The position numbers and the translations under genes were made by a program. From positions 124,001 through 188,000 of IMG/VR virus record IMGVR_UViG_3300042340_000379: a stretch of 64,000 nucleotides of DNA; one strand, given 5' to 3'. Below are positions 18,371 to 28,502 of the stretch, piece after piece; the stretch's first letter is position 1, and every line of letters begins with the position of its first letter. Below the pieces are notes generated by a model, which saw only the letters and a program-made list of their open reading frames with translations, searched no databases and was not told where the DNA came from.

Positions 18371-19962
18371 TAGTAAAAGTAGAAAGGATCATGCATAGCT
18401 TCAAACTGGCGGGTAGCATCATTAACATTGTCTAGAAGTTTGGAACGACTAAAGCCAACCATCTTAGGTGTTCCAGCTAAATCAAGCCCAGTAGTTGTAG
18501 TCACAGTTTCAGCAGCTCTTGCATAAGTCGCCCGTACTCTTAAAGAGCGAGGCTTATTTGAGAATTTGCTATAAGGGCCATTATAATCACCCAATGAAAT
18601 TTCTATATCAGCCGGAACCTGAAGAATATCAAGAACAAGAATAACCTGAGGATTCATTACCGACCAAGCAAATAGCTCTAGAACAGCTACAGGGTCAGCG
18701 GCTGTTGAAGGGTCGTTGCGAATAATCGCGGAAACCATAAAGTTTTCGTCTCTACTAGCCGTGATTGTATTGAGAAGACTTAAAGCAAACTGTTGATAGC
18801 GCTCAGCGTCTAGAGTTTCTTGTTGAGCACCCGTTACTCGGTTGAATGGCACAGTAATTAGAGTTTCATCAGTAACTGGGAACCTTAGTTGGTACTGATC
18901 AGTTGTGGAAGCATTAACAAGAGAGTTCTTTCTGATATACAGAATTGTTGGCAGGAACTCATCCTGTGTTGTGTCCTGAGCCTCACCAATTTTACTAGCT
19001 ACAAAATATGTTGCGCGGGTTAAAAGTAGAACACTATTAAGTGGGTACTTTGACATGTTTTCAACATCTAGTCCCCACATAAAGGGAAGGTCAGTTGAAT
19101 CATAATCTGCGCCAGCTTGAAACTTAAACTGGATTGTAATTAGGGTGGCTGTTCTATCAACCACCACCGTTCTAGGACTCAGTTCAATGTAGTGAGTGTT
19201 TTGTACGCCAGAAAGAACAGGGGAAGCTAAAAGGTTCCCACCATCTACAGTAAGAGAAGCTTCATTAATTTTGTCGGCTATGTCACTAACAATCTCTGCT
19301 GTAGAGAGGTTTCCTGGAGTGTAGACAATTGGAGTGAGGTCTGACAGCGTTCCAGGGAATGTTATGTAAACAGAAAGAGGAATCTCAAGTTGGTGAGTTA
19401 GACGTTGGAAATAAATGCGGCCAGTATTGACTTCATCTTCAGTAGCAGCACTAGTTGAGCCAGATGGCGCATTAGCCGGAATCTCAAGTAAAAACTTTAG
19501 CTCGCTAGTTGCTCTATCTTTAAGAGCTTCAGCATGAGCAAGTTGCTCTTTTAATGTCGCAAACTGAGAGATTAATTCAGCGGCTGCGAAGCAAGCAGAT
19601 ATGCGCCGGATACCATCTGCAAATTTGTTCTGGTACTCAGAAACAAGCTCTCCAGTAGCCGGGGAATAGATAAACTTTTTAACGTCATTAATACCGGCAT
19701 AACGCCAGTTGCCTTCAGAGTCTTTAGCAGAACCAAGAATTAAGCCAATCTCAGGGTCAGCATGGTCTGTAATGGCATAATAAATTTGTTTTACAGGAGT
19801 GCTCTTTAACAACACTGAAAAACGCCTCACCATTTGAGCTAAAGAATTCAACTCTGGTGAAGCGTTTATAAGTTGCGCGTCTGTTGCGCTCTCGATGGCA
19901 GTCTCGAGAGCAGCAAAAGTCGGGTTGTTATACGAAAAGCGATCGCCAAACGTAAACGTCAT
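18370..19962 (-). CDS. Putative head-tail connector/neck protein
   Basis: 530 aa between capsid and sheath genes; helical N-terminal part followed by beta-rich domains. Confidence 0.45.
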   Translation of the reverse strand: MTFTFGDRFSYNNPTFAALETAIESATDAQLINASPELNSLAQMVRRFSVLLKSTPVKQIYYAITDHADPEIGLILGSAKDSEGNWRYAGINDVKKFIYSPATGELVSEYQNKFADGIRRISACFAAAELISQFATLKEQLAHAEALKDRATSELKFLLEIPANAPSGSTSAATEDEVNTGRIYFQRLTHQLEIPLSVYITFPGTLSDLTPIVYTPGNLSTAEIVSDIADKINEASLTVDGGNLLASPVLSGVQNTHYIELSPRTVVVDRTATLITIQFKFQAGADYDSTDLPFMWGLDVENMSKYPLNSVLLLTRATYFVASKIGEAQDTTQDEFLPTILYIRKNSLVNASTTDQYQLRFPVTDETLITVPFNRVTGAQQETLDAERYQQFALSLLNTITASRDENFMVSAIIRNDPSTAADPVAVLELFAWSVMNPQVILVLDILQVPADIEISLGDYNGPYSKFSNKPRSLRVRATYARAAETVTTTTGLDLAGTPKMVGFSRSKLLDNVNDATRQFEAMHDPFYFY

Positions 19963-20420
19963 CAGATTGCGCCATTCGCCTCAAGAATGCGATCGCACTC
20001 AGCAACAACAGACGCATAATTAGGAAAGCGAGTTTTCACTGCTTTGATTCTAGCTAGATCAACCGGATTTGCTTCCTCAAGATCAAGGACATAAGCCTTA
20101 ACCTTTGAGTGATGCGCATCTGATTCTAAAGGAAGAACTACTTCGTCTTCGCTAGTTTCAGCTAGCTTAGCCGAGTCAACCTGAAGACCAACAACCAGTT
20201 TAGTGTCTTCAGTTGGTTCGGCCTTAACTTTTACAGGCTTTTGGTCAGTAACCAAGTGAACATGAAAAGCGCCAGGGTAGTAAGAGATCAGCTTTTGGGC
20301 CACTTCATCTTCTACAGTCAGCACATCACCAGAGTAGACAGCTGAAAGCTCACCGGGTTTCCATTGCCCCTCAGTGAGGGGGACATTTACGTTGCTAATA
20401 ACAATCAGGGTGTGAGCCAT
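19962..20420 (-). CDS. Hypothetical head-region protein
   Basis: 152 aa, coupled within the head operon. Confidence 0.6.
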   Translation of the reverse strand: MAHTLIVISNVNVPLTEGQWKPGELSAVYSGDVLTVEDEVAQKLISYYPGAFHVHLVTDQKPVKVKAEPTEDTKLVVGLQVDSAKLAETSEDEVVLPLESDAHHSKVKAYVLDLEEANPVDLARIKAVKTRFPNYASVVAECDRILEANGAI

Positions 20421-21103
20421 TAGATAACGATTTCAACCTCTTTAGCGTCTACAGTTGCGGTGACAACATCACCAGTTGCAGCAGTAGTAGAAGTAACAAC
20501 TGCAATTAGTAAAGAGCTGTCGTAACGAACGTAATGAGCAGCAGGGGCAGATAAGAAAGGCGAAGAAACGTCTTTGCTATGCACCATTTTCTCAGGAGCA
20601 ACACCCACGGTAGCCCCAACAATCTCGTTGTGGGGAAGATTCCCGTAATCAAGAGTCGGGGGATCAAAGATGATATCGTGTTTAGCCCAGGCGCTGCCAG
20701 AATACTTGTAGAAATTAACGAGTTTGAAGTACTCGCCCATGTCTACAGCATGAAGACGCACGGGGCCAGTGCCTCCAGTAGGAGGAGCTGCGGCGTTAGA
20801 AGCAGGGGCAGAAGTTACAACTGGGTTGGCGCGAGTGGGAAGAACATAAATGGGAGTCACAACAGTTGCAGAACTGGGAACCGCTGCAACGGTAACAGAA
20901 CTCGCGCCGATAGAATACTTCTTACCATCGAGCCGAACAACGCCAGCAGCATAAGGGATGGTTAGAACATCAGTGGTAGCGTTATAGGCTACAGTCCCAA
21001 TGGTAAGGCCAGAAACGACCCCACCGTAAGGATAAACTCGCATCCCGCCGCGCATTGCCTGCGGGAAGCGATCAAAGTCAAATTGTTGGCCGACAGATGG
21101 CAT
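20420..21103 (-). CDS. Putative capsid cement/decoration protein
   Basis: 227 aa, V/T/A-rich, immediately downstream of the major capsid gene. Confidence 0.5.
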   Translation of the reverse strand: MPSVGQQFDFDRFPQAMRGGMRVYPYGGVVSGLTIGTVAYNATTDVLTIPYAAGVVRLDGKKYSIGASSVTVAAVPSSATVVTPIYVLPTRANPVVTSAPASNAAAPPTGGTGPVRLHAVDMGEYFKLVNFYKYSGSAWAKHDIIFDPPTLDYGNLPHNEIVGATVGVAPEKMVHSKDVSSPFLSAPAAHYVRYDSSLLIAVVTSTTAATGDVVTATVDAKEVEIVI

Positions 21104-21149
21104 GGATTACTCCTAAAAAGCAGATTGGCGAGATGGTGAACAAAAAGAT

Positions 21150-22478
21150 CTAGAAAGTACCGAAGCTTTCCATCGAACCCAGAATGAGGGTATCGTTGAT
21201 CTCAGTAGCTTCACACACAGTGAGGATAGCAATCCACTCTGGGTATTTAGCAAAGGGAAGGAAAGAGTCACCCATCTGCATAGTCCGTCCGGGAGGAGAA
21301 GGAGGCTGCTGGTCAGGGCCAGTTCGCATCCACAGACCAGGAGAAGCATCAGGAGATTCACCCACACAGTGGTGAGTAAGACCGAGAGTTTCCTGGGCAT
21401 CTTGGTAATGGCGGGGTGCCATCAGAGCAACCTTATTCGGGGGCCAGTAGTTGGTGACAGTGTTGGTCTGAGGATGGCGGAAGAGACCGTCAAGAATACG
21501 GATTTTTACACCAGCAATAGCTTCAATGTCCCCACCTGGGCCGTAGCTAATAAACTGAGGACTGGTGACAGCACCCACTCCAGTCGCAGTAATGCTGCGA
21601 CCACCAGGCTGACCATCTGCGCGAGCATAATCACCAAAGAGACCCAGTTGACCTGAGTAAGCTTTCACAAACTCGTTTTCTTGAATCACAGTATAGAGTT
21701 CGCTAGAGATAACCATCTCAGTGAACTTATTCTTGTTGGTCTTCCAAAGGAAGTGCTTAATAAGGCGCAGAGTGCGAACAAGATCAGCTTGCGGGTGAGT
21801 CCAAGGGACGCCAGCGCGACCATTGGCATCAGTAAAGAGAAGAGCCTCAGTCCGACCTTTATCGTTAGTCAACGCGGTAGCTGCGGTATAAGCAGTACCA
21901 GTAATAGTTGCGTTAGCTGCTACAGTAGCGTTAAAGCCTTTGTAGTGGAAAAGGTTGTGAACAGGAATGTGGGTCGAAACGTTGATCGACTGGTTGGTGC
22001 GGGGGTCAGTATAATTAATCCCACCCAGCAGAACTTGAGCCCGGAAAAAGTCCATCGTCCGCTTGTGACGATTGATCATTTTCCGCACACGATCAGCGAT
22101 GATTTGTTGAGGGTTGTACTGATCGTTGTAGGTACCAGCTTTGCGCAGCTGGTTGATCAGGCCTTGGTCAAGAAAGTCATCTTCACGAACAACAGCGGGA
22201 GAAACTTCGCGCCGACGAATGCGCTCATTCTCAGCGAAGTTACCAGCAGGAACGCCAAAGCGAACAATGGGCATAATGCCTAAACCTTCAACAACCTGTT
22301 CGATTGTGATGGTACGCTCAGGAATATTCTGAGAAGGGAAAACATCGTCTAAAGAGCCGATTTCAATCTGCTCGTAAGAACGGGCCAGCATAGTCAGGTT
22401 CAAGGAACCTAGCGCTGTAACGTCACCGATGTATTCGTAATTTGTTGAGGAGGGGGTTAACTCGGGATGCGTAGACAT
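21150..22478 (-). CDS. Major capsid protein (HK97 fold, lambda gpE-like family)
   Basis: 442 aa downstream of protease/scaffold; LDDVFP, IMPIVRFG, AQVLLGGI.Y and C-terminal FLPFAKYPEWI pattern of gpE-type capsids. Confidence 0.8.
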   Translation of the reverse strand: MSTHPELTPSSTNYEYIGDVTALGSLNLTMLARSYEQIEIGSLDDVFPSQNIPERTITIEQVVEGLGIMPIVRFGVPAGNFAENERIRRREVSPAVVREDDFLDQGLINQLRKAGTYNDQYNPQQIIADRVRKMINRHKRTMDFFRAQVLLGGINYTDPRTNQSINVSTHIPVHNLFHYKGFNATVAANATITGTAYTAATALTNDKGRTEALLFTDANGRAGVPWTHPQADLVRTLRLIKHFLWKTNKNKFTEMVISSELYTVIQENEFVKAYSGQLGLFGDYARADGQPGGRSITATGVGAVTSPQFISYGPGGDIEAIAGVKIRILDGLFRHPQTNTVTNYWPPNKVALMAPRHYQDAQETLGLTHHCVGESPDASPGLWMRTGPDQQPPSPPGRTMQMGDSFLPFAKYPEWIAILTVCEATEINDTLILGSMESFGTF

Positions 22479-22494
22479 TTATCAGTCAGGTTCC

Positions 22495-23760
22495 TTAATA
22501 GAGTTGAGCGGAACGCTGACGCTGTTCGCTCAATTGGTTATGCTTTTGGATAATGTGAGCGTAAGGATTTTCATCCGAAACATTAGAGCCTTCAGCGTTC
22601 TGGTCAGAAGTATCATCTGATTGAGAACCTTGCTGCTTAGTCAAAAGCTGGGCATTTTGAGCGCTCATTTCAGATAAAGCGGTAAACACAGCCTCTTCTT
22701 GTTCAGAAGGAAGACCAGCTGTAATAACAGCCTTAAAAGAATCTTTAACAGGCTGGCTTAAATTAAGCTTTTCAATTTTGTCGAGCTTAGAAGCAAGTTC
22801 TTGGCGAGCAAGTTTTTGATTTGCTTCATCGGCTGAAGCTTTTGCTTTCTCAGTCTCAAGCCGCTGGGTCTCAACCTGCTGGGCAAGAGTAATTAGCTGA
22901 GAAGCCAGTTGAGAAGGATCAGCAAAACTTTCGGAAGCAGGGGCCGCAGGTTGATTTACAACAGCGGGTGCTTCGATAGTTTCAGGCTGAGCCGAGGTGG
23001 CTTGAGTTGTAATCATAGAACCTGGTGATTTATCAGTCTGGGTTAAGCTAAACACAAATGTATTTGCCAAGTCTGCGCAACTTGAGTAAACTTCTGTCAG
23101 AGCAACGTTTCGAGGCATCCGGGTTAAGAAAGGGCGGTTGGTTAACGCGCAGCCAACCAACAGAGTCCCAAGGGATTCTCCGTTTTCTTTAGAAACAGCA
23201 TTCCGAATAATTTCAGCCGAGGAATACCTAAAGTAGTCTTCAGCAACTTGGTAATAAGCATCAGGCTTAGCATCAAATTCTCCAAAGAGAGTATCGCCAA
23301 GTTGATACAAACGATCCAAGAAAGCAACAGCAGGAGCACCTTCCATAGTGTCCCGATTAATCGGGTGGCCATAGAATAAAGGAGGCTCATACCCAGTTAC
23401 ATTCGCGTTGAAGTTGCGCATCATATCCGCAAAGTCTTCAGTAGTAAATGAGATCGGCCCATACTCTGGGTGTTCCCAAGTGCCAAGAACAGCGATAGGA
23501 ACTCGGAGTCTAAAACCCTGGCTTAAAAGAGGGCCGTATTGAAGACCAAACTCATCAGAGAGTTGGATAGTTACGGTTGCATCCCTGTTCTCGGACAGAG
23601 TTTCTGAAGTGGGTTCGTCTTCCGATAGTTCTTCAAGTACCTCTGAGCTTTTAACATTAGGCGCATCTGCCTGATTGGAGTTGTCTTCGGTAGGCTCAGA
23701 GAAGAGTTCATCAAGGTCATCGTCTAGAAGGGCAGCAATTTGGGTGGGAGTTAAAGACAT
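22495..23760 (-). CDS. Prohead protease-scaffold fusion (Mu gpI-like)
   Basis: G.W.HP.YG..., FYGH, FRYSSAEI and LVGCALTNRPFL protease motifs, then a coiled-coil scaffold. Confidence 0.85.
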   Translation of the reverse strand: MSLTPTQIAALLDDDLDELFSEPTEDNSNQADAPNVKSSEVLEELSEDEPTSETLSENRDATVTIQLSDEFGLQYGPLLSQGFRLRVPIAVLGTWEHPEYGPISFTTEDFADMMRNFNANVTGYEPPLFYGHPINRDTMEGAPAVAFLDRLYQLGDTLFGEFDAKPDAYYQVAEDYFRYSSAEIIRNAVSKENGESLGTLLVGCALTNRPFLTRMPRNVALTEVYSSCADLANTFVFSLTQTDKSPGSMITTQATSAQPETIEAPAVVNQPAAPASESFADPSQLASQLITLAQQVETQRLETEKAKASADEANQKLARQELASKLDKIEKLNLSQPVKDSFKAVITAGLPSEQEEAVFTALSEMSAQNAQLLTKQQGSQSDDTSDQNAEGSNVSDENPYAHIIQKHNQLSEQRQRSAQLY

Positions 23761-23775
23761 TTTGTATAATACAAA

Positions 23776-24603
23776 TTAAACAGCAGATTTTTTCTTGCGG
23801 TACTGAGTCATTTTTTCTTTGGCGGCATAAGCAAAGGCCTCGCTAAGCTCTGAGTCAGTAGAAAATGCGCCTTCAAGTGAGCCTGTCTTTTCTTTAAAAG
23901 CTTTCTTGTATAAAACGACGGCATAGACTTCTTGATCCTCGGGTGAAAGGTCAGGTCTAGAGTTAGCTTTTTCAGTTGCCTCAGCAAAAAGCTTTGCGTC
24001 AGAGGCCATTACGACTGGCTCTTGAGCCTTAGATTCTACCTGTTGAACTTTTGCCTCAACGGGCTTAGCTTGCTGAGGCTGACTAAAAACTTGGTGTGAA
24101 GCGCAAATATAGTTCGAGAGAACTAAAACCCCATAACTTTGGCAAGTAAGTTGGTTTAAGCTAGAGTCTAGAGTGGAAGCTTTACAAGTAGCGCAGGAGG
24201 GCGCTTGAGAAAATTCAGGAATAACGGCAGATGCATCAGCGTGGATCTTTCGGGACATCGCTGCTGGATCTGAGAGTCTTGACAATGCTTGAGCCAAAAT
24301 CTGAGACATAGATTCGCTATGATTAGATTCTGGCTGTGTAAATACAGAAGGATGGGGCTCGGTTAAAGTAGTGTAATCAGTACTGCGTGCAACAATCTCA
24401 TGAGGTTGTGCAGCAAGAGTTACAGGGCCAGGCGGCTCAGCAACCACAGGCTGAGCAGGCTGTGTCGCGGCAGACGGCTCTACAGGTTCAGAACTTGATT
24501 CAGATAAAACTTGCTCAGATGGCAGTGGGTCAACACCATTTTCTCTGCGATGTTGATTTACTGATTGAGCGAACAAGTTGTTAATAAGTTGAGTTTCCTG
24601 CAC
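23776..24603 (-). CDS. Hypothetical protein with Cys cluster and ChaB-like C-terminal helices
   Basis: GTG start; CATC..C..C..H motif; LFAEA..KA...VYAVVLYKK.FKE..G. Confidence 0.5.
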   Translation of the reverse strand: MQETQLINNLFAQSVNQHRRENGVDPLPSEQVLSESSSEPVEPSAATQPAQPVVAEPPGPVTLAAQPHEIVARSTDYTTLTEPHPSVFTQPESNHSESMSQILAQALSRLSDPAAMSRKIHADASAVIPEFSQAPSCATCKASTLDSSLNQLTCQSYGVLVLSNYICASHQVFSQPQQAKPVEAKVQQVESKAQEPVVMASDAKLFAEATEKANSRPDLSPEDQEVYAVVLYKKAFKEKTGSLEGAFSTDSELSEAFAYAAKEKMTQYRKKKSAV

Positions 24604-24683
24604 GTAAAGCGCCCATAACTATGAGCTCAGAGTAAACGCTCAGCATAAATTTACGGTGTTCAATCTAAAGGTATTAATATAAA

Positions 24684-25298
24684 ATGATGCCATCGTTTTC
24701 AAACCTACTGGCAAATAGGTGTCTCGTTTGGAACTTAAGTGGCCGGTTGGGTGGTCTTCCTAAAGAGAGAATTCCAATTCCAAGCTTGAGAGCTAGATTA
24801 GAAGTATCCGACAAGATTTTGAATCAAAAAGGAAACTCCTATGCTAGCCCTAACATATGTCAAGCCATCCTCCAAATTGAGGCAGACTTTGAGAGCCTTA
24901 TCACAAGTTCTCAAATCGAGAACGGCAAGCTAACCTGTTGGCTAGAAGATGAGTTCAGAAATTCTACTCAGCAGAGCTTCGACGTTTCTGACTGGATAGA
25001 TGGAAGCCGGTTTGGTAAATCAGGAGAGGCTATTAGCTATCAAAAGTTAATAGCCGCGCAGATGATTCGACATGGGTACTCAATCCATGAAGAAATTGGG
25101 ATTGGGTTTACTGTGCTCGACTTTGCGGGCCAGTCAGCGTCTACCAATTTGAGCCGCTGCAACTGCTCTAGCAAGCAATCGCCCTGTGAGCATATGCTGC
25201 TTGCTAAAGAGTACGCCGCGCCTGGAAATCGAAAACTGTTAAAGGAGATTATTGGTTTTGAATACGTCCCAGCTAATAGTGGTCGCTCCATTAACTAA
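24684..25298 (+). CDS. SWIM zinc-finger protein
   Basis: CNC-x6-CEH-MLLA, matching CxC-xn-CxH. Confidence 0.6.
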   Translation: MMPSFSNLLANRCLVWNLSGRLGGLPKERIPIPSLRARLEVSDKILNQKGNSYASPNICQAILQIEADFESLITSSQIENGKLTCWLEDEFRNSTQQSFDVSDWIDGSRFGKSGEAISYQKLIAAQMIRHGYSIHEEIGIGFTVLDFAGQSASTNLSRCNCSSKQSPCEHMLLAKEYAAPGNRKLLKEIIGFEYVPANSGRSIN

Positions 25299-25406
25299 AG
25301 AGACTCTCTCCCTTCGGCAGCTGCGAAGAAGGGAAGCTCCTATAGTCGATCGCATCTATATCTCTGTAGGTGCGATCGCAACACACAAACATTTGGAGGC
25401 GGCAAA

Positions 25407-25730
25407 ATGATTGAAGTAGGACAAGAATTATTCGTAACAGGTGGGAGGTACAATAGTGTTGGCTGAAAACGAGTCGAAAAGATCGGGAAAGTATATTTTA
25501 CTTTTGAGGGCGATCGCGGGCGTTTTTATATAAGCAACCTTCGAGAGGATATCAAAACCAACTATCCCAGGCAATGTTATCTGACTGATAAGGAACACTT
25601 TGAAAGACTTGAGCTTGAGAGACTAACATCGGCTATCAAGGATCGAGTCAGGTATCCTATTAATTTAGGGCAGGCGCAGGCGATCGTAGCTATTCTTGGT
25701 CTTACGTCATTGTCTAGTCATGATCAATAA
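25407..25730 (+). pseudogene. Small phage gene interrupted by an in-frame TGA at codon 20
   Basis: GGAGG RBS; MIEVGQELFVTGGRYNSVG*KRVEKIGKVYF...LSSHDQ, otherwise open for 107 codons. Confidence 0.6.
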
Positions 25731-25999
25731 GCGTATCCACAGCTATGCACCGCCTTCTATCATCGGATGGATTGGCGACTACCATCGATCGCGCAATCGT
25801 CCCAAAGCCCATCTAGGGGGCAGGCGATGTTCACATACTTCATCTCGTATCTTTGGGCTAACAGTTGGTGTAACTGAAAGCATTCATGACACTTGATAGC
25901 ATCACCTATGAAGAAAATCAAGAAATATTTATTGAAGGATTGATGGAATGTGTCTATGTGCTAGCTGAAGTGCGAGGACTGTTGTAGGAATTTTCTATT

Positions 26000-26398
26000 A
26001 TGAACACTCAAGAATTGCAGGAAGCTTACTATGAGCTTCCCTATCACACTCGGCATAAATACGTTCGTATACTCCGATTAATTGATAAGGGCGTCGATAC
26101 ACTAAACGAAATATGCGCTGAGTTAAACGAGAAACCTCAATCCTTAGACCAGAAGTTAAAACGCCTCAAGGAACTAGGAATAATTGAAAGAGACCGAAAA
26201 ACACCAAGAGGTATGCTGGAATATCAATATCGATGGGCCGATGGTATAGAGAAAGATGATCTGTTTCAACTTATGAAAGAAACTATAACTTCAGATGGTA
26301 AACTACTAGAAAAACTATCTGACTTCAATCCTGCCTGGTCTAATAAGGCGGCTATAAAATGGTTTGATTGCTTCATTGAGCTTGCGGATAAAATATAG
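26000..26398 (+). CDS. Winged helix-turn-helix DNA-binding protein (ArsR/MarR-like)
   Basis: ILRLI...TLNEICAELNEKPQSLDQKLKRLKELGIIER...YQYR. Confidence 0.75.
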   Translation: MNTQELQEAYYELPYHTRHKYVRILRLIDKGVDTLNEICAELNEKPQSLDQKLKRLKELGIIERDRKTPRGMLEYQYRWADGIEKDDLFQLMKETITSDGKLLEKLSDFNPAWSNKAAIKWFDCFIELADKI

Positions 26399-26404
26399 AA
26401 AACC

Positions 26405-27187
26405 ATGAGTTATCAACCTCGCCTTTCAGACAAAAAACTTTCCGACGCTTTAGAGAAAGCTAGCGAGCTTATCCCTGAATTCAAAGACATACAAGAGAGA
26501 GACTCTCGCTCCCTTCCTCTTCTACTCGCTACTGTGTTTGATTCTCTAGCCTACGGAGAATTAGACTTAGACTTTAATGTACTGAGGTGGGCAATTGAAG
26601 CTTATGCTGGCATTAGGCTAATTCGGTGTGTAGATCCTCTTTTGAAGATCCACGCCCAATTAGTGAAGAAGGGTTATAGCTATGAAAAACCTATTCAGTA
26701 TGCTGCGGGCGATCGATATGTAGGTTATGTTAAAGACCCGTTAGAAGACTGGTCTGTTCTATCTTTTAGCAGCCAACACCCTGGATTTATCGTTCTTGTT
26801 CGTCAGGGCAGAAAAGAAATTAGAGATGAATGTGCAAAGTGGGAGAAAGCTGGAGAAGACATTCGACTTCACAAAGCTGATCTTCTTACCCGCGAGATTC
26901 ATATTCGCCTGGCTGACAAAGAAGACGGTTCTCTATACAAAGTTTTGTCTCATGGTAAGAACTGCTTTCTAGTTGATGGGCCTAATTCAAGCCCTTTCTT
27001 TCGGTATGGAAGTTTTAACGACATTGGATTTATAGCTAGTGCAAAAGAGGACAGCTTCAACTTGTTTCAGGCTGAGGGCGCGATGGTGCATTGGAAGAAT
27101 ATGAATTGCGCTATGTATGATATGGCTTTCCTGATTGAAATCTTTGAGGAAGTTCTTGCTAAAGAAGAAGAAGAGGTGGACTCTTGA
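26405..27187 (+). CDS. Hypothetical protein
   Basis: 260 aa ORF in the accessory cluster. Confidence 0.65.
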   Translation: MSYQPRLSDKKLSDALEKASELIPEFKDIQERDSRSLPLLLATVFDSLAYGELDLDFNVLRWAIEAYAGIRLIRCVDPLLKIHAQLVKKGYSYEKPIQYAAGDRYVGYVKDPLEDWSVLSFSSQHPGFIVLVRQGRKEIRDECAKWEKAGEDIRLHKADLLTREIHIRLADKEDGSLYKVLSHGKNCFLVDGPNSSPFFRYGSFNDIGFIASAKEDSFNLFQAEGAMVHWKNMNCAMYDMAFLIEIFEEVLAKEEEEVDS

Positions 27188-27768
27188 AAACCGAATACTA
27201 CTCTATCCGTAGTCAAACAGGCGAACTACTCTACATCCACTCTAGCAGCAATGGCAATGCTGATTGTTGTGGCGATCGCACCTACAATCTAGACTATGTG
27301 GGTGACACGGTATATAAAGCTGAGGACTACACTACCGCCCTCTATGCCAGCCACCATTCAACTGAGTGGTATAACAGCACAGAAGACAGACCTAAGTGGT
27401 ATACACCCAAGATTGGTCAAGATGTTCTAACTGTAGTCAAGGTTGTAGAGACCATCGAGATTGAAGACCTGGAACCTCAATATGATCTAGCTCCTTCTTA
27501 TTCTGATGACTTAGCTTTTGTACTGAACTATAGTGCTGTTTTTGATATCGAGCACACTAAGGATCGTAATAAGACCGTATTCTTCATGAAAGGCAGAAAA
27601 GCCAAGTCAATAGATTTTCACCCTGGGAGATGTGTTTTTCGGAACCTTCATCTTGAGGGCATCACCAGTCACCCTGAATTTCCCTTAAATAAAAGAGCTG
27701 ACAAGTTCTTCCAGGAAAATCCCAATGCTTTTATTTTTGTAACTGAACCTATAGGAAAGCTAACATGA
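27184..27768 (+). CDS. Hypothetical protein
   Basis: 194 aa, TTG start with GAGGTG RBS, coupled on both sides. Confidence 0.6.
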   Translation: MKTEYYSIRSQTGELLYIHSSSNGNADCCGDRTYNLDYVGDTVYKAEDYTTALYASHHSTEWYNSTEDRPKWYTPKIGQDVLTVVKVVETIEIEDLEPQYDLAPSYSDDLAFVLNYSAVFDIEHTKDRNKTVFFMKGRKAKSIDFHPGRCVFRNLHLEGITSHPEFPLNKRADKFFQENPNAFIFVTEPIGKLT

Positions 27769-28093
27769 TCAATGACGCAATTCAACCATTTTTAGATGCT
27801 GGGTTTAAGAAATTTCCTAAAAATGACTTTCAAGAATACGCTGAATTTGGATTACAAAAACGAATTGAAGATGAAAAAGGAACCAAATATTTTGTAACTT
27901 TATACGTGTACGATTTCTCAAAAATTCCGAATTACCCAAATCCTAAAAAATTGACTTCCATTTAGATTTTCGAATTGAGTCTGAATTGCTTGACAAAGGC
28001 GTTGAAATTGACGTGGCTATCATATCTCCTAAAGACGCGCTACAGACAGCAGAGACACTTTGGATGGCCTTGAAAGGTAAATACTATGAGTAA
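27765..28093 (+). pseudogene. Phage hypothetical gene split by a frameshift at an A6 run
   Basis: The 66 aa ORF stops at 27965, but the -1 frame from the A6 run (27945-27950) reads IDFHLDFRIESE...LWMALKGKYYE* to 28093, overlapping the next ATG. Confidence 0.55.
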
Positions 28094-28487
28094 GTTTACT
28101 ATTCTAGTAAAGCATCCACCAGGAATTCAAACGCAATTTAGTAATTGTGACATTGAATACACCATCTCATTCTCTACTATTCATAAGTTTGAGACAGATG
28201 AAGCTCAAATCCTTAAAGCTTTTCAAGATGCTGTAGAAAGCTGGGTGACTTCTACAATTGAAGGTAAAGAGCGTTATCTAGTGGCAGGGCGGTATATTGA
28301 TATCGAGCAACTTCTTCGCTCGTTAGATAAACCGTCACTTCATAAGTGCTTAGCAAAACATGGGATATTAGATTTCAAAATAGCTGAACCACCTATGACG
28401 TTTGATTGTTGGAACTCTCAGACTAACCTAACGCCCCATGATTTAGACGTTGAGGATATAGGAGAATGGTCAGACGACTGGCCTTAG
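28086..28487 (+). CDS. Hypothetical protein
   Basis: 133 aa, last gene of the plus-strand cluster. Confidence 0.6.
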   Translation: MSKFTILVKHPPGIQTQFSNCDIEYTISFSTIHKFETDEAQILKAFQDAVESWVTSTIEGKERYLVAGRYIDIEQLLRSLDKPSLHKCLAKHGILDFKIAEPPMTFDCWNSQTNLTPHDLDVEDIGEWSDDWP

Positions 28488-28502
28488 TAAAAGCAAGGAG
28501 GC

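Noticed and set aside
25464-25466. Genome-wide TGA recoding
   Set aside because: TGA is a normal stop in many coupled genes (for example at 835, 4357, 9097 and 19962), and long genes are not fragmented.
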